From Thermodesulfobacteriota bacterium (GTDB taxonomy: Bacteria; Desulfobacterota; WTBG01; JAGOGO01): a DNA stretch of 32,000 nucleotides. The DNA is taken from the NCBI GenBank assembly GCA_026625185.1, contig CP113000.1, positions 885,622 through 917,621 on the forward strand, read 5' to 3'. The notes beneath the pieces are model-generated. The model was not told where the DNA came from, made no database searches, and worked only from the letters and a program-made list of their open reading frames with translations. Below, piece by piece: positions 15,098 through 22,663 of this stretch; position 1 is the stretch's first letter; each line of letters begins with the position of its first letter. Made by a program: the position numbers and the translations under genes.

Positions 15098-15270
15098 ATG
15101 CCAAGGAAACCAAGACGTTTGCTCCCGGAGTGCTCCATCATGTTATGGGCCGGCCGGGGGATAGCAAGGCAGCGATTGCCTGGTTTCTTGGGATAACGAC
15201 CTCAGCGGTTAATCGGTTGGCAAACTCAGAGGGATTGCCAGAGACAGAGAAATATATTAAGTTGTTTTAG
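15098..15270 (+). pseudogene. Frameshifted, internally deleted remnant of an IS200/RAYT-like (Y1) transposase
   Basis: MPRKPRRLL, then after a 1-nt frame change PGVLHHVMGR. This resembles the N-terminus M(P/A)R.PR...PG..HHV..RG of REP-associated/IS200-like transposases. It is fused directly to an HTH-like tail AAIAWFLGITTSAVNRLANSEG. Confidence 0.4.
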
Positions 15271-15299
15271 TCCCTACGTCCCCTTTTATCCCCGAACCA

Positions 15300-15450
15300 A
15301 TGGGGAAAAGGATTGCCAAAAAGGTCAATGGGGTGATCACAGAAAGGTATCCTTGGCAAGGGTTGACTCGATTGCTTGCCGTCTAGGGTGGTTCAAATAA
15401 TCGCATGATACCGTTCAATTATGGAAATGGCCGTATGATTATTTTTCCCA
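15300..15450 (+). pseudogene. RHS/YD-repeat protein fragment with in-frame TAG
   Basis: MGKRIAKKVNGVITERYPWQGLTRLLAV*GGSNNRMIPFNYGNGRMI resembles a YD-repeat unit. It is far too short to be functional, and has a stop at 15384. Confidence 0.35.
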
Positions 15451-15474
15451 GATGCGCTTCTCGGAGAAAACCGC

Positions 15475-16824
15475 TTAGGCGATCTTTTCTTCGGGGTTGA
15501 TGGGATTGACCACCAGGCCGCTTAAAAGCTTGGGAATAAAGTAGGTTGATTTTTGCGGCATAACTTCCCTCTGGGCAACAACATCACTTACCTGTTCAAT
15601 CCGGGTTGGATTAAGCAGAAAGGCTACTTCGCACACGCCGGTTTTCACCAGCTCGACTGCCTCGCGCTCAGTATGTACAAACGTGAAATTATCTTCCCAG
15701 CGGGGATCATTGCAGGTTATCCCCATGAGGGTATTAAACACCAGAAATTCCATGATGGTTACATCAAGATAGCGCAGCGCTTTGGACAGGTCCTGGCGGA
15801 TAACTTTATCCATCAGGGAAAAATCCTTGAGCCGCAAGAGAAAATAGCCGCCCTGCTTCTTGGTCACCATTCCAAGCATGAACCGTTCTTTCGCTTCTTT
15901 TTTCATGGCGGCTAACACCTTTTCACGTTCACGTTCTTCGGTTTCAGAAGCAAAGGGGAAGACTTGGATATCAAAAAATTCCTGCGCCTTGTTTAAAAAT
16001 TCGGTTGCGTTAAAATTAAGATTTTTAAGTAACCGATGGGTAGGCAGGATCACCAAACCCGCATCATCCATGTTGGTAAAATACATCAGGGTGTAGTTAA
16101 ACGGTTCGGCGCCCGTTGAGCCGGGATACTTCTCCCGCATAATTTTTTGGTAATTAAGCGCGGTCTCATACCGGTGGTGTCCGTCGGCAATTAATACTTT
16201 TTTATCGTGCAGTACTTGTTCTATTTCCTTGATTACTTCCGGGTCATCCACAACCCACAGTTTATGGCGAACACCATTTTCATCCATGACATCAAGATAA
16301 GGAGACTTTTCCCCAGCCGCATCACAATGACGCTCAATCGTAAACGAAGGATCTGAGTAAAGAGAAAAAACCGGGTTAAAATTAGCCCGGCACGCCCTGG
16401 TGAGGTTAAGGCGGTCAGCCTTGGGTTTGCTCAGCGTTCTTTCGTGGGGAAGGATCACGCCGGAACTAAACTCCTCCAGCTTAAAAAGACAAACAAACCC
16501 TTTCCTTCTCCGGGATTCACCCGAAGGAAGCTTAAAATCCTGGACATAAAAAAAGATCGCCGGCTTGGGAGTCCGAACCAGTGTGGCATCCTTCTGCCAG
16601 GTTGCTAAAAAATCAGCGGCCCGGGTATACCGGTTGTTCATTTCATTGTCATCAGGCTCCTGTTTTCCTAAATCTAACCGGATAATATTGAGCGGATGTT
16701 TTTTGTAATAATAGTCCTGCTGCTCGGCGTTAATAACATCATACGGAGGAGCGACCACCAGCTCTAGATCTGCAATTTTTTCTTTGTTGTAAAGATAGCC
16801 GCGAAAAGGTTTTATAATAGCCAT
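15475..16824 (-). CDS. DUF1015 domain-containing protein
   Basis: N-terminus MAIIKPFRGYLYN...VVAPPYDVI and overall length match the DUF1015 family as remembered. Confidence 0.8.
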   Translation of the reverse strand: MAIIKPFRGYLYNKEKIADLELVVAPPYDVINAEQQDYYYKKHPLNIIRLDLGKQEPDDNEMNNRYTRAADFLATWQKDATLVRTPKPAIFFYVQDFKLPSGESRRRKGFVCLFKLEEFSSGVILPHERTLSKPKADRLNLTRACRANFNPVFSLYSDPSFTIERHCDAAGEKSPYLDVMDENGVRHKLWVVDDPEVIKEIEQVLHDKKVLIADGHHRYETALNYQKIMREKYPGSTGAEPFNYTLMYFTNMDDAGLVILPTHRLLKNLNFNATEFLNKAQEFFDIQVFPFASETEEREREKVLAAMKKEAKERFMLGMVTKKQGGYFLLRLKDFSLMDKVIRQDLSKALRYLDVTIMEFLVFNTLMGITCNDPRWEDNFTFVHTEREAVELVKTGVCEVAFLLNPTRIEQVSDVVAQREVMPQKSTYFIPKLLSGLVVNPINPEEKIA

Positions 16825-16914
16825 GGAAGAAAAATTCCTTTAAAATAAAAGTTGTTAAAAAAATATCGTAACTTATTATCATACGACAAATCTTAGTTCA
16901 AGGATTTTATCATC

Positions 16915-18219
16915 ATGCGGGTTGCCATTGCCACCTTCGGCTGCAAAGTCAATCAATATGACTCGGAAATAATGAGGGAAAATCTGGAAGAGAAAGGTTT
17001 TGCCCTAGTCCCTTTTTCTGAAGCCGCAGATATTTACATGATAAACACTTGCACGGTCACCGGAAAAACCGACTTCCAGGCCCGCCAGATGGTAAGGCGC
17101 GCCCATCGAAACAACCCGGACGCAAAAATTGTGGTGACCGGCTGTTACGCTCAGGCCGCGCCCGAAGACTTGAAAAAAATTCCCGGGGTGTCCCTGGTAA
17201 TCGGGAATCACGAAAAATGGGAAATCGGGACCCTGCTCTCAGAATCGGAAAAAATCCCTTCCTCCGGCATCATGGTAACCCCGATAGGAGAAGAACTGTT
17301 CTTCCCTGAGAAAAAAATTAAAAAGTTCTCCGCTAAAACAAGATTTTTTTTAAAAATTCAGGATGGTTGCAACGCTTGCTGTTCATACTGCATCGTTCCC
17401 CACGTAAGAGGGAAAAGCCGGAGCATGACCCCCAAAACCGTTTTAGATTTTCTTAGCACTATTGGTTCATCGGGGTATAAGGAGGCAGTCCTTACCGGAA
17501 TCCACCTCGGAGCCTATGGACTTGACCTATCTCCCCAAACTTCGTTATTAAACCTTCTTCAAAAAATCGAAAAACAAATGTCTGTTCCCCGTGTTCGCTT
17601 AAGCTCCATCGAACCTAATGAAATAAACCAAGAACTGATTGACTTTCTGGCTGATTCCACGATCTTCTGCCCTCACCTCCACCTTCCGCTTCAAAGTGGA
17701 GACAATACTATCTTGCGAAAAATGAATCGGCCTTATTCCGCTCTAAATTTTCACTCTTTAGTTTTGAGATTAAAAAATGCTATTAAGGACCTGGCCATCG
17801 GCGCGGATGTGATCGTCGGTTTTCCCGGAGAAGGGAACGAAGAGTTTTCTCAAACCCTGCGACTACTCGAAGAATTACCTATCACCTACCTCCATGTTTT
17901 TCCTTTTTCACCGCGAAAAGGGACCACGGCTTTTAGTTTTCCCAATAAAGTAAAAGGCGATGCTGTTAAAACAAGGAGTGAAATTTTAAGACGGTTAAGC
18001 AAAAAAAAACGGGAAAGTTTTTACCGATCGTATCTCAACAAAAAATTACCCATCCTGATTGAAGCCCGACGGCATCGAAAGACCGGCCTGCTCAAAGGCT
18101 TATCCCGAAATTACCTCTCGGTTCTAATAGAAGGCAGTGATAACTTAATGAATCAAGAAATAACGGTTCGCATTACTTCCGTAGAAGGGGAAGAAATAAA
18201 AGGGGAGATAGCACAATAA
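16915..18219 (+). CDS. mtaB: Radical-SAM methylthiotransferase, MtaB-like (UPF0004 N-domain + radical SAM + TRAM)
   Basis: ATFGCKVNQYDSE N-terminal cluster. CNACCSYC radical-SAM motif. A roughly 430-aa architecture with a TRAM-like C-terminus. Confidence 0.8.
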   Translation: MRVAIATFGCKVNQYDSEIMRENLEEKGFALVPFSEAADIYMINTCTVTGKTDFQARQMVRRAHRNNPDAKIVVTGCYAQAAPEDLKKIPGVSLVIGNHEKWEIGTLLSESEKIPSSGIMVTPIGEELFFPEKKIKKFSAKTRFFLKIQDGCNACCSYCIVPHVRGKSRSMTPKTVLDFLSTIGSSGYKEAVLTGIHLGAYGLDLSPQTSLLNLLQKIEKQMSVPRVRLSSIEPNEINQELIDFLADSTIFCPHLHLPLQSGDNTILRKMNRPYSALNFHSLVLRLKNAIKDLAIGADVIVGFPGEGNEEFSQTLRLLEELPITYLHVFPFSPRKGTTAFSFPNKVKGDAVKTRSEILRRLSKKKRESFYRSYLNKKLPILIEARRHRKTGLLKGLSRNYLSVLIEGSDNLMNQEITVRITSVEGEEIKGEIAQ

Positions 18220-18274
18220 CTACTGCCCTGTTACTTTTCGTAATCGCTGTCAGGAAAGAACCTCCCGCTTTTTC

Positions 18275-18303
18275 TTGACTTTTCCTCTCAATAACATTAA
18301 AGA
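18275..18303 (+). promoter_or_regulatory. Candidate higA promoter (TTGACT - 17 nt - TAAAGA) followed by palindrome CCCCAAAAGGGG
   Basis: Hexamers read directly. The 12-bp palindrome at 18320-18331 lies between the -10 and the start codon, a likely autoregulatory operator. Confidence 0.35.
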
Positions 18304-18344
18304 AAAAAGAAATCTTTAACCCCAAAAGGGGATACTTTCTTATC

Positions 18345-18647
18345 ATGAAAAAACAGTTGCATTCAGTGTATCCCGGAGAAGTCCTCTTGGAAGAATTTCT
18401 AAAGCCCATGGGTATAAGCCAGAATAGACTCGCCTTAAATATCGTGGTGCCGGCACGAAGAATAAACGAGATTGTTCTTGGGAAACGAAGCGTCACGGCG
18501 GATACCGCCCTGAGACTTGCGAAGTTCTTCGGCGCCTCTGCCGAATTCTGGCTGGGATTGCAGGCGCAATACGACCTGGATGTTACTGCCGAGGCGCTGG
18601 GAGAACGACTGGAGCGTGAAGTCGAAAGACAGGCTCACGCCAGATAA
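18345..18647 (+). CDS. higA: HigA-family antitoxin (XRE-type HTH), no toxin gene adjacent
   Basis: PGEVLLEEFLKPMGISQNRLALNIVVPARRINEIVLGKRSVTADTALRLAKFFG is the canonical HigA/VapI HTH. The 125 bp upstream cannot hold a higB. Confidence 0.85.
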   Translation: MKKQLHSVYPGEVLLEEFLKPMGISQNRLALNIVVPARRINEIVLGKRSVTADTALRLAKFFGASAEFWLGLQAQYDLDVTAEALGERLEREVERQAHAR

Positions 18648-18692
18648 TAAAGTGGGACATTTTTTTTGGGAAACAGCCCCAGGGACACGTTT

Positions 18693-18720
18693 TATGCAGT
18701 CTGTATAATCATTGTTCTGC
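18693..18720 (+). repeat. Homologue of the 3' arm of the 8818-8992 attC-like site (half-site remnant)
   Basis: tatgcagtctgtataatcattgttctgc versus tatacagactgtataatcagtgttagat at 8965-8992. No complementary 5' arm nearby. Confidence 0.45.
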
Positions 18721-18728
18721 CCCTAAAA

Positions 18729-18756
18729 TTGACCAAAAATTATAATTTTGTATAAT
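18729..18756 (+). promoter_or_regulatory. Candidate promoter TTGACC - 16 nt - TATAAT
   Basis: Hexamers at 18729-18734 and 18751-18756, about 90 nt upstream of the ORF at 18847. Confidence 0.5.
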
Positions 18757-18846
18757 GAATGAAAATTCGTTTTTACATTGATAAAAAAACCGGGCTTCCT
18801 CACATTTACAGACATAAGGTGCGGGAAGCCGAAGGAGACAAAAACG

Positions 18847-19044
18847 ATGAAACAAAGTAGATTCCCAAAAGGATGGGACGAGGAGCGCGTCAAGCGCGTT
18901 CTTGATCATTACGAAAATCAAACTGAGGTTGAAGCCGTTGCCGAAGACGAAGCTGCTTGGGAAGATGCATCACAGACTTTCGTCGAAGTGCCGAATGAAC
19001 TTGTCCCTGCCGTTCGACGGTTACTTGCAAAAAAAGTAGCCTGA
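18847..19044 (+). CDS. Small acidic antitoxin-like protein (65 aa)
   Basis: SD aaggaga 8 nt before ATG 18847. The sequence FPKGWDEERVKRVLDHYENQTEVEAVAEDEAAWE...VPNELVPAVRRLL resembles a widespread small TA-associated family, from memory only. Confidence 0.55.
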   Translation: MKQSRFPKGWDEERVKRVLDHYENQTEVEAVAEDEAAWEDASQTFVEVPNELVPAVRRLLAKKVA

Positions 19045-19191
19045 TTTTTATTAAACAAGGGAAAACGTTTAACCCAAAAAAGGGATATCTTCTTATTGTG
19101 AAAAAAGGTAGCGAGTAAGAAAGCTTTCAAAATTAGTGAGCATACACAAAGGCCGGATTGCCTGATAACAAGGTGAGAGGCCTTTTTTTTT
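19025..19191 (+). ncRNA. ORF-less promoter-leader-terminator module (candidate sRNA or decayed higA cassette)
   Basis: The 5' 45 nt (19066-19110) are about 82% identical to the higA leader and start (18313-18357). The start is GTG followed by only 6 codons. Terminator 19148-19191 is about 82% identical to 8751-8790. Confidence 0.3.
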
Positions 19192-19260
19192 GCGAGACAG
19201 GATACACAATAACACATTTTTTAATTAATCTGCTTTATACTTGTTAGGGGTAAATAAAAA

Positions 19261-20058
19261 ATGACTTTAGTAGTAAGTGATATTTCACATCTAGGGATAA
19301 TCATGGTTGGAGACTCGGCGGTTACTTATAAGTCGAATGCTAATGACCTAGAAGTTAGCGATGGAGCAGTAAAAATTCAATATGCCCCAAAAGTAAACGT
19401 CGGTTTTGCTTTTTGGGGGGATGCCTCGGTTAATAATATAAGGATAGACAATTGGATGATAAATTTTATTAAATACCATATAAAACCTAATGATTCACTA
19501 GAAACAATTGGAGATAAACTTGTAAGTCAACTAAATCCTATTCTTACATCTACCAATAAACCTTGGAAGGATTTGGTACGTGGAATTCACATCGCTGGAT
19601 ATAGAAATGGGCTGCCCTGTTTATTTCATATTCATACAGGACATAATGATGAACCTGCTCATGAGTTGAAATTTTACAGGGATTTTCCTGATGACCAAAA
19701 ATGGAGCGAATTTCAGTTTAGTTATTTTCTTAATTTTGGTTTTATACATCTTGGAAACGGCTATCATCCGTTATTTGGCCCCTTATTTGATTATGTTTTA
19801 AAATATTCCAAAGAGTTAAGGGCAAACCTTAATATTGAATTCCCACAGAAGAATATCATAGGAAGGCTGGAATTCTATAAACTTTTGGTAAAGTTCGTTG
19901 CAGGTACTTTAATTGCTTCTGGGATACATCCTGGGGTCAACGATAAGCTTTCTGCAGTTGTTTTTAATGAAAACGGCTTACTTATTGATGAAAGATTAAA
20001 TTTAAAAAAGAAAAATCGGACCATAAAAGATCATAATATTTCAAATGTCTATTTTTAA
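19261..20058 (+). CDS. Divergent HslV/proteasome-beta-like (Ntn hydrolase fold) protein, very AT-rich
   Basis: After Met the N-terminus TLVVSDISHLGIIMVGDSAVT ... VKIQYAPKVNVGFAFWGDAS parallels HslV [21 protein letters not shown] ... [22 protein letters not shown]. No HslU-like ATPase nearby. Confidence 0.5.
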   Translation: MTLVVSDISHLGIIMVGDSAVTYKSNANDLEVSDGAVKIQYAPKVNVGFAFWGDASVNNIRIDNWMINFIKYHIKPNDSLETIGDKLVSQLNPILTSTNKPWKDLVRGIHIAGYRNGLPCLFHIHTGHNDEPAHELKFYRDFPDDQKWSEFQFSYFLNFGFIHLGNGYHPLFGPLFDYVLKYSKELRANLNIEFPQKNIIGRLEFYKLLVKFVAGTLIASGIHPGVNDKLSAVVFNENGLLIDERLNLKKKNRTIKDHNISNVYF

Positions 20059-20471
20059 GCATGTCACTAACTAACCATTCGCTCAAGACGACCGAATGGA
20101 CGTACAACGAATACCCACGCGTGTAAATGGGAAGCGCAAGATTGAAATTTATGAATTCGCGCGGCGGTAGTGGTAAATTAAAAGGAAACGTTTCGGCAGC
20201 AGATGAAAGGACGGGACGTTGTTGAGAATTAACTCTTCAGTAAGTTCGCCACACTCCATTCATCGCGTATAGTGGCGTATCGCAATCCCCTCTTGATAGG
20301 GGTGTCACGAAGTGACGGGGTGTGTTGAGGAGTGTTTGATTTCTTTTGTCACGATTATTAGTCAAGGCATAAATATGACCGTACTTAATGCCCCCTCATT
20401 TCCATCCTCTCCCCGGCGGAAAGGGGAAATCATTAGAATTTATCTCTACCTTTGCGATAGGACCTGAATAA

Positions 20472-20756
20472 ATGCGGTTTAACAATGTCTGGCCTTATCG
20501 GCGTATTTTGTTTTCCCGAAATTTCGTTGCTTCTTTGTGGCGATCTCGCCAAAATATTACCGCACGCCATCTCGGTAGTGCTCCACCTGCCGGCCCATTC
20601 ATGGCGGAGCTTGATGTGACCTACCACTGCAATTGTTGCTGTGAGATGTGCCAGCGGTGGAAAGATGCTCGTACAAACGAATTGACGTTGGCTGAATACC
20701 AGAATCTTGCCACTTCAATTCATGCCTTGGGGTGCTGTGGCGAGTATTGTTGTTAA
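20472..20756 (+). pseudogene. Radical-SAM enzyme, N-terminal fragment only (truncated)
   Basis: ELDVTYHCNCCCEMCQRW carries the CxxxCxxC cluster. Family-like sequence stops around 20725 (..LTLAEYQNLA). The frame ends at 20756 after 94 codons and overlaps the next ORF. Confidence 0.55.
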
Positions 20757-21162
20757 TGTAGTAAAGGAAATCCTGGGGGTAGCGTTGGAAGAAATGGGAT
20801 TGGACCTTGATGGTCTTGAAAATATTCTGGAGGATTTTAGCGATGATCAGTTAAACAAATTTAATGGATTACTTAACTTATTCAGGGACCTACAGTTACT
20901 CGCAGGAAGCCTCCACAATGGCTATGAGAATATCAATGCTTCACTTGTTAATTGTTCATTGGAAGAATTAATGGCCGGCGATAAAATGAGCATTATTTGG
21001 TCCCTCCACGAGACATTGCAGCGTGTGTTCAGTGCTCTCAAATCAGTCTTTAAAGCATTAAAGGCCTTCATCGACATCATGCCATCTGACCAGCAAAATG
21101 CTATTTGGGAAATGCTTGACAGTAAAGATGGGCGTTTCAGAGGGTGGCTTGAGAATGTATAG
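20722..21162 (+). CDS. Hypothetical all-helical protein (146 aa)
   Basis: ATG 20722 within tracked ORF 20707..21162. No recognisable family. Followed by the A/T-rich hairpin aaaaagggagaaaag...cttttcccttttt. Confidence 0.4.
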   Translation: MPWGAVASIVVNVVKEILGVALEEMGLDLDGLENILEDFSDDQLNKFNGLLNLFRDLQLLAGSLHNGYENINASLVNCSLEELMAGDKMSIIWSLHETLQRVFSALKSVFKALKAFIDIMPSDQQNAIWEMLDSKDGRFRGWLENV

Positions 21163-21351
21163 TACTGAACAAGGATAGGAATGATGGTTGAGGGAAAAAA
21201 GGGAGAAAAGGGGACGTCTCACTCAATCGTTTTTTTCTTTTCCCTTTTTAAAAATTCACTTTATTTTGCCCTGATTTTTATCAAAAGTGTGGGGAATTAG
21301 CTTTTGAGAAACGGAAAAAACGGAATTTTTTAAATTATCGAAATTACTTAA

Positions 21352-21392
21352 GGGCGATAAGGGATTCGAACCCTTGACCTTTGGCCCTGAAG
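21352..21392 (-). pseudogene. tRNA 3' half (variable loop, T-arm, acceptor 3' strand), no 5' half
   Basis: The minus strand reads ...aggtc AAGGG TTCGAAT CCCTT ATCGCCC t. The complementary acceptor strand GGGCGAT is absent from the 70 nt upstream. Confidence 0.55.
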
Positions 21393-21576
21393 TGCATTAA
21401 CTTGTTAGAATGAGTTTTTAAATTTGATTGGAACTGTTTAGGTTTGTTTGGGGAAATTAGTCTCCGGGAATGGTTCACTTTAAGTCTGTTTAGGCCTGTT
21501 TTAGTCTGACTACTATATAAAAACTATATAATAACCTATCCAAGAATTTCCTTTAATTTCCAGAAAATCTTTAATT

Positions 21577-21606
21577 TTGGTAAGACAAAAATTGGTAAGA
21601 CAAAAA
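21577..21606 (+). repeat. Perfect tandem duplication of a 15-mer (ttggtaagacaaaaa x2)
   Basis: Read directly. Nearby are two ctgtttagg(t/c)(t/c)tgttt units (21434, 21485) and two cc(t)ttaatttcc units (21550, 21626). Confidence 0.8.
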
Positions 21607-21675
21607 AGATATTTATTTATTTCCCCTTAATTTCCCTCACAGGAATGCTAATTTTCTATCCCCTCGCTTCTGTCA

Positions 21676-21867
21676 TTAGTTCATTAGACCTGAAATTAGG
21701 GTTTCTTGGGTTGCCCACTTCAACCTCTCCACCAATGCTTTATGGTAGGCTTTCCATTGGGGACAACACTTTGTGTGCATTCTCCAAAACACAGCGATTG
21801 CTGATTTGGGATATTTCTCTGAATAAGCCCTAACTTTACACAATCCGCACTTAGAATTAATTTCCAC
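21676..21867 (-). CDS. Small Cys-rich protein (63 aa)
   Basis: GTG start preceded by aaggaggagaag on the minus strand. CGLCKVRAYSEKYPKS...WRMHTKCCPQWKAY resembles a small conserved family (C..C ... WHT..CPGWKAY), from memory. Confidence 0.5.
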   Translation of the reverse strand: MEINSKCGLCKVRAYSEKYPKSAIAVFWRMHTKCCPQWKAYHKALVERLKWATQETLISGLMN

Positions 21868-22325
21868 CTTCTCCTCCTTGATTATCAGTTAAAAAATTTT
21901 AACTTGAGACTCCTCTGAAACATCTCTTCAAGGATACCCCAATCCCCGTTTTATATTAGATGATACTGAAAAAACAAATTTAAAATTTTTTTACCATAAC
22001 CTATAGAGAGATTTCAACGAAATTATGCATCAATTTTTTAAACCTTTATTAAAGGAGAAAAAAACTGCATTTCCTTTAAACGACATCGAAAGGATTTTCA
22101 GTCCAAACTCAAGGGTCTTAAAGTTTTAAATTTTTTTCGGAACTGTTTAAGTTTGGGAAAGAAAATGGGACATCCTGAAAAAAAATAAAGCGAGCCAACT
22201 TTTTGGCAGGTAATTTTTAAGGAGGGGGTCAGTTAAAATCAAAGCTTGAAATTTTTCTTTAATTATTCTAAACTTAAAAATAATAACCCGGTTATTTTTT
22301 TCTTTTAAGAAGAAAGGAGGTCTCT

Positions 22326-22610
22326 ATGGCAACTTTTATAATGTGTGGTAAGTATTCGTTAGAGGCTCTTAAGGGGATTAAAGCGGAACGGACCCAGAAG
22401 TCCGTTAAATTGATTGAAAAGTTTGGAGGTAAGGTTGAGGCAATGTATGCTGTGCTGGGAGAGCAAGATTTGGTGTTTATTTTAGATTTTCCGGGTATTG
22501 AGGAAGCTGCCAAGGCTTCAATTGCCTTAGCCAAAACGACTGGCATCGCGTTTTCAACTAGCCCCGCGATTTCGGTTGATCAATTTGATAAAATTACTGC
22601 CAGGCTTTAG
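22326..22610 (+). CDS. GYD domain-containing protein
   Basis: Strong SD aaggagg. About 95 aa with a GKY...GG.V...Y...G..D pattern typical of the GYD family. Confidence 0.75.
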   Translation: MATFIMCGKYSLEALKGIKAERTQKSVKLIEKFGGKVEAMYAVLGEQDLVFILDFPGIEEAAKASIALAKTTGIAFSTSPAISVDQFDKITARL

Positions 22611-22663
22611 TTCCTCAGGGACCGGCCTTGCGCTGACAGTTAAACCTATGTTTAAACGGCAGG

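Noticed and set aside
21352-21400. Reading cttcagg upstream of the tRNA fragment as an anticodon loop with anticodon TCA (tRNA-Sec or suppressor), linking it to the in-frame TGA at 4932
   Set aside because: The putative anticodon stem has no complementary 5' strand. There is no long variable arm or 8/5 acceptor/T geometry of tRNA-Sec, and the whole 5' half is missing. The resemblance is probably where homology to the tRNA ends.
21577-21606. A CRISPR array or replication iterons
   Set aside because: There are only two directly abutting 15-mers with no spacers and no cas or rep genes. The other nearby repeats are different short motifs.
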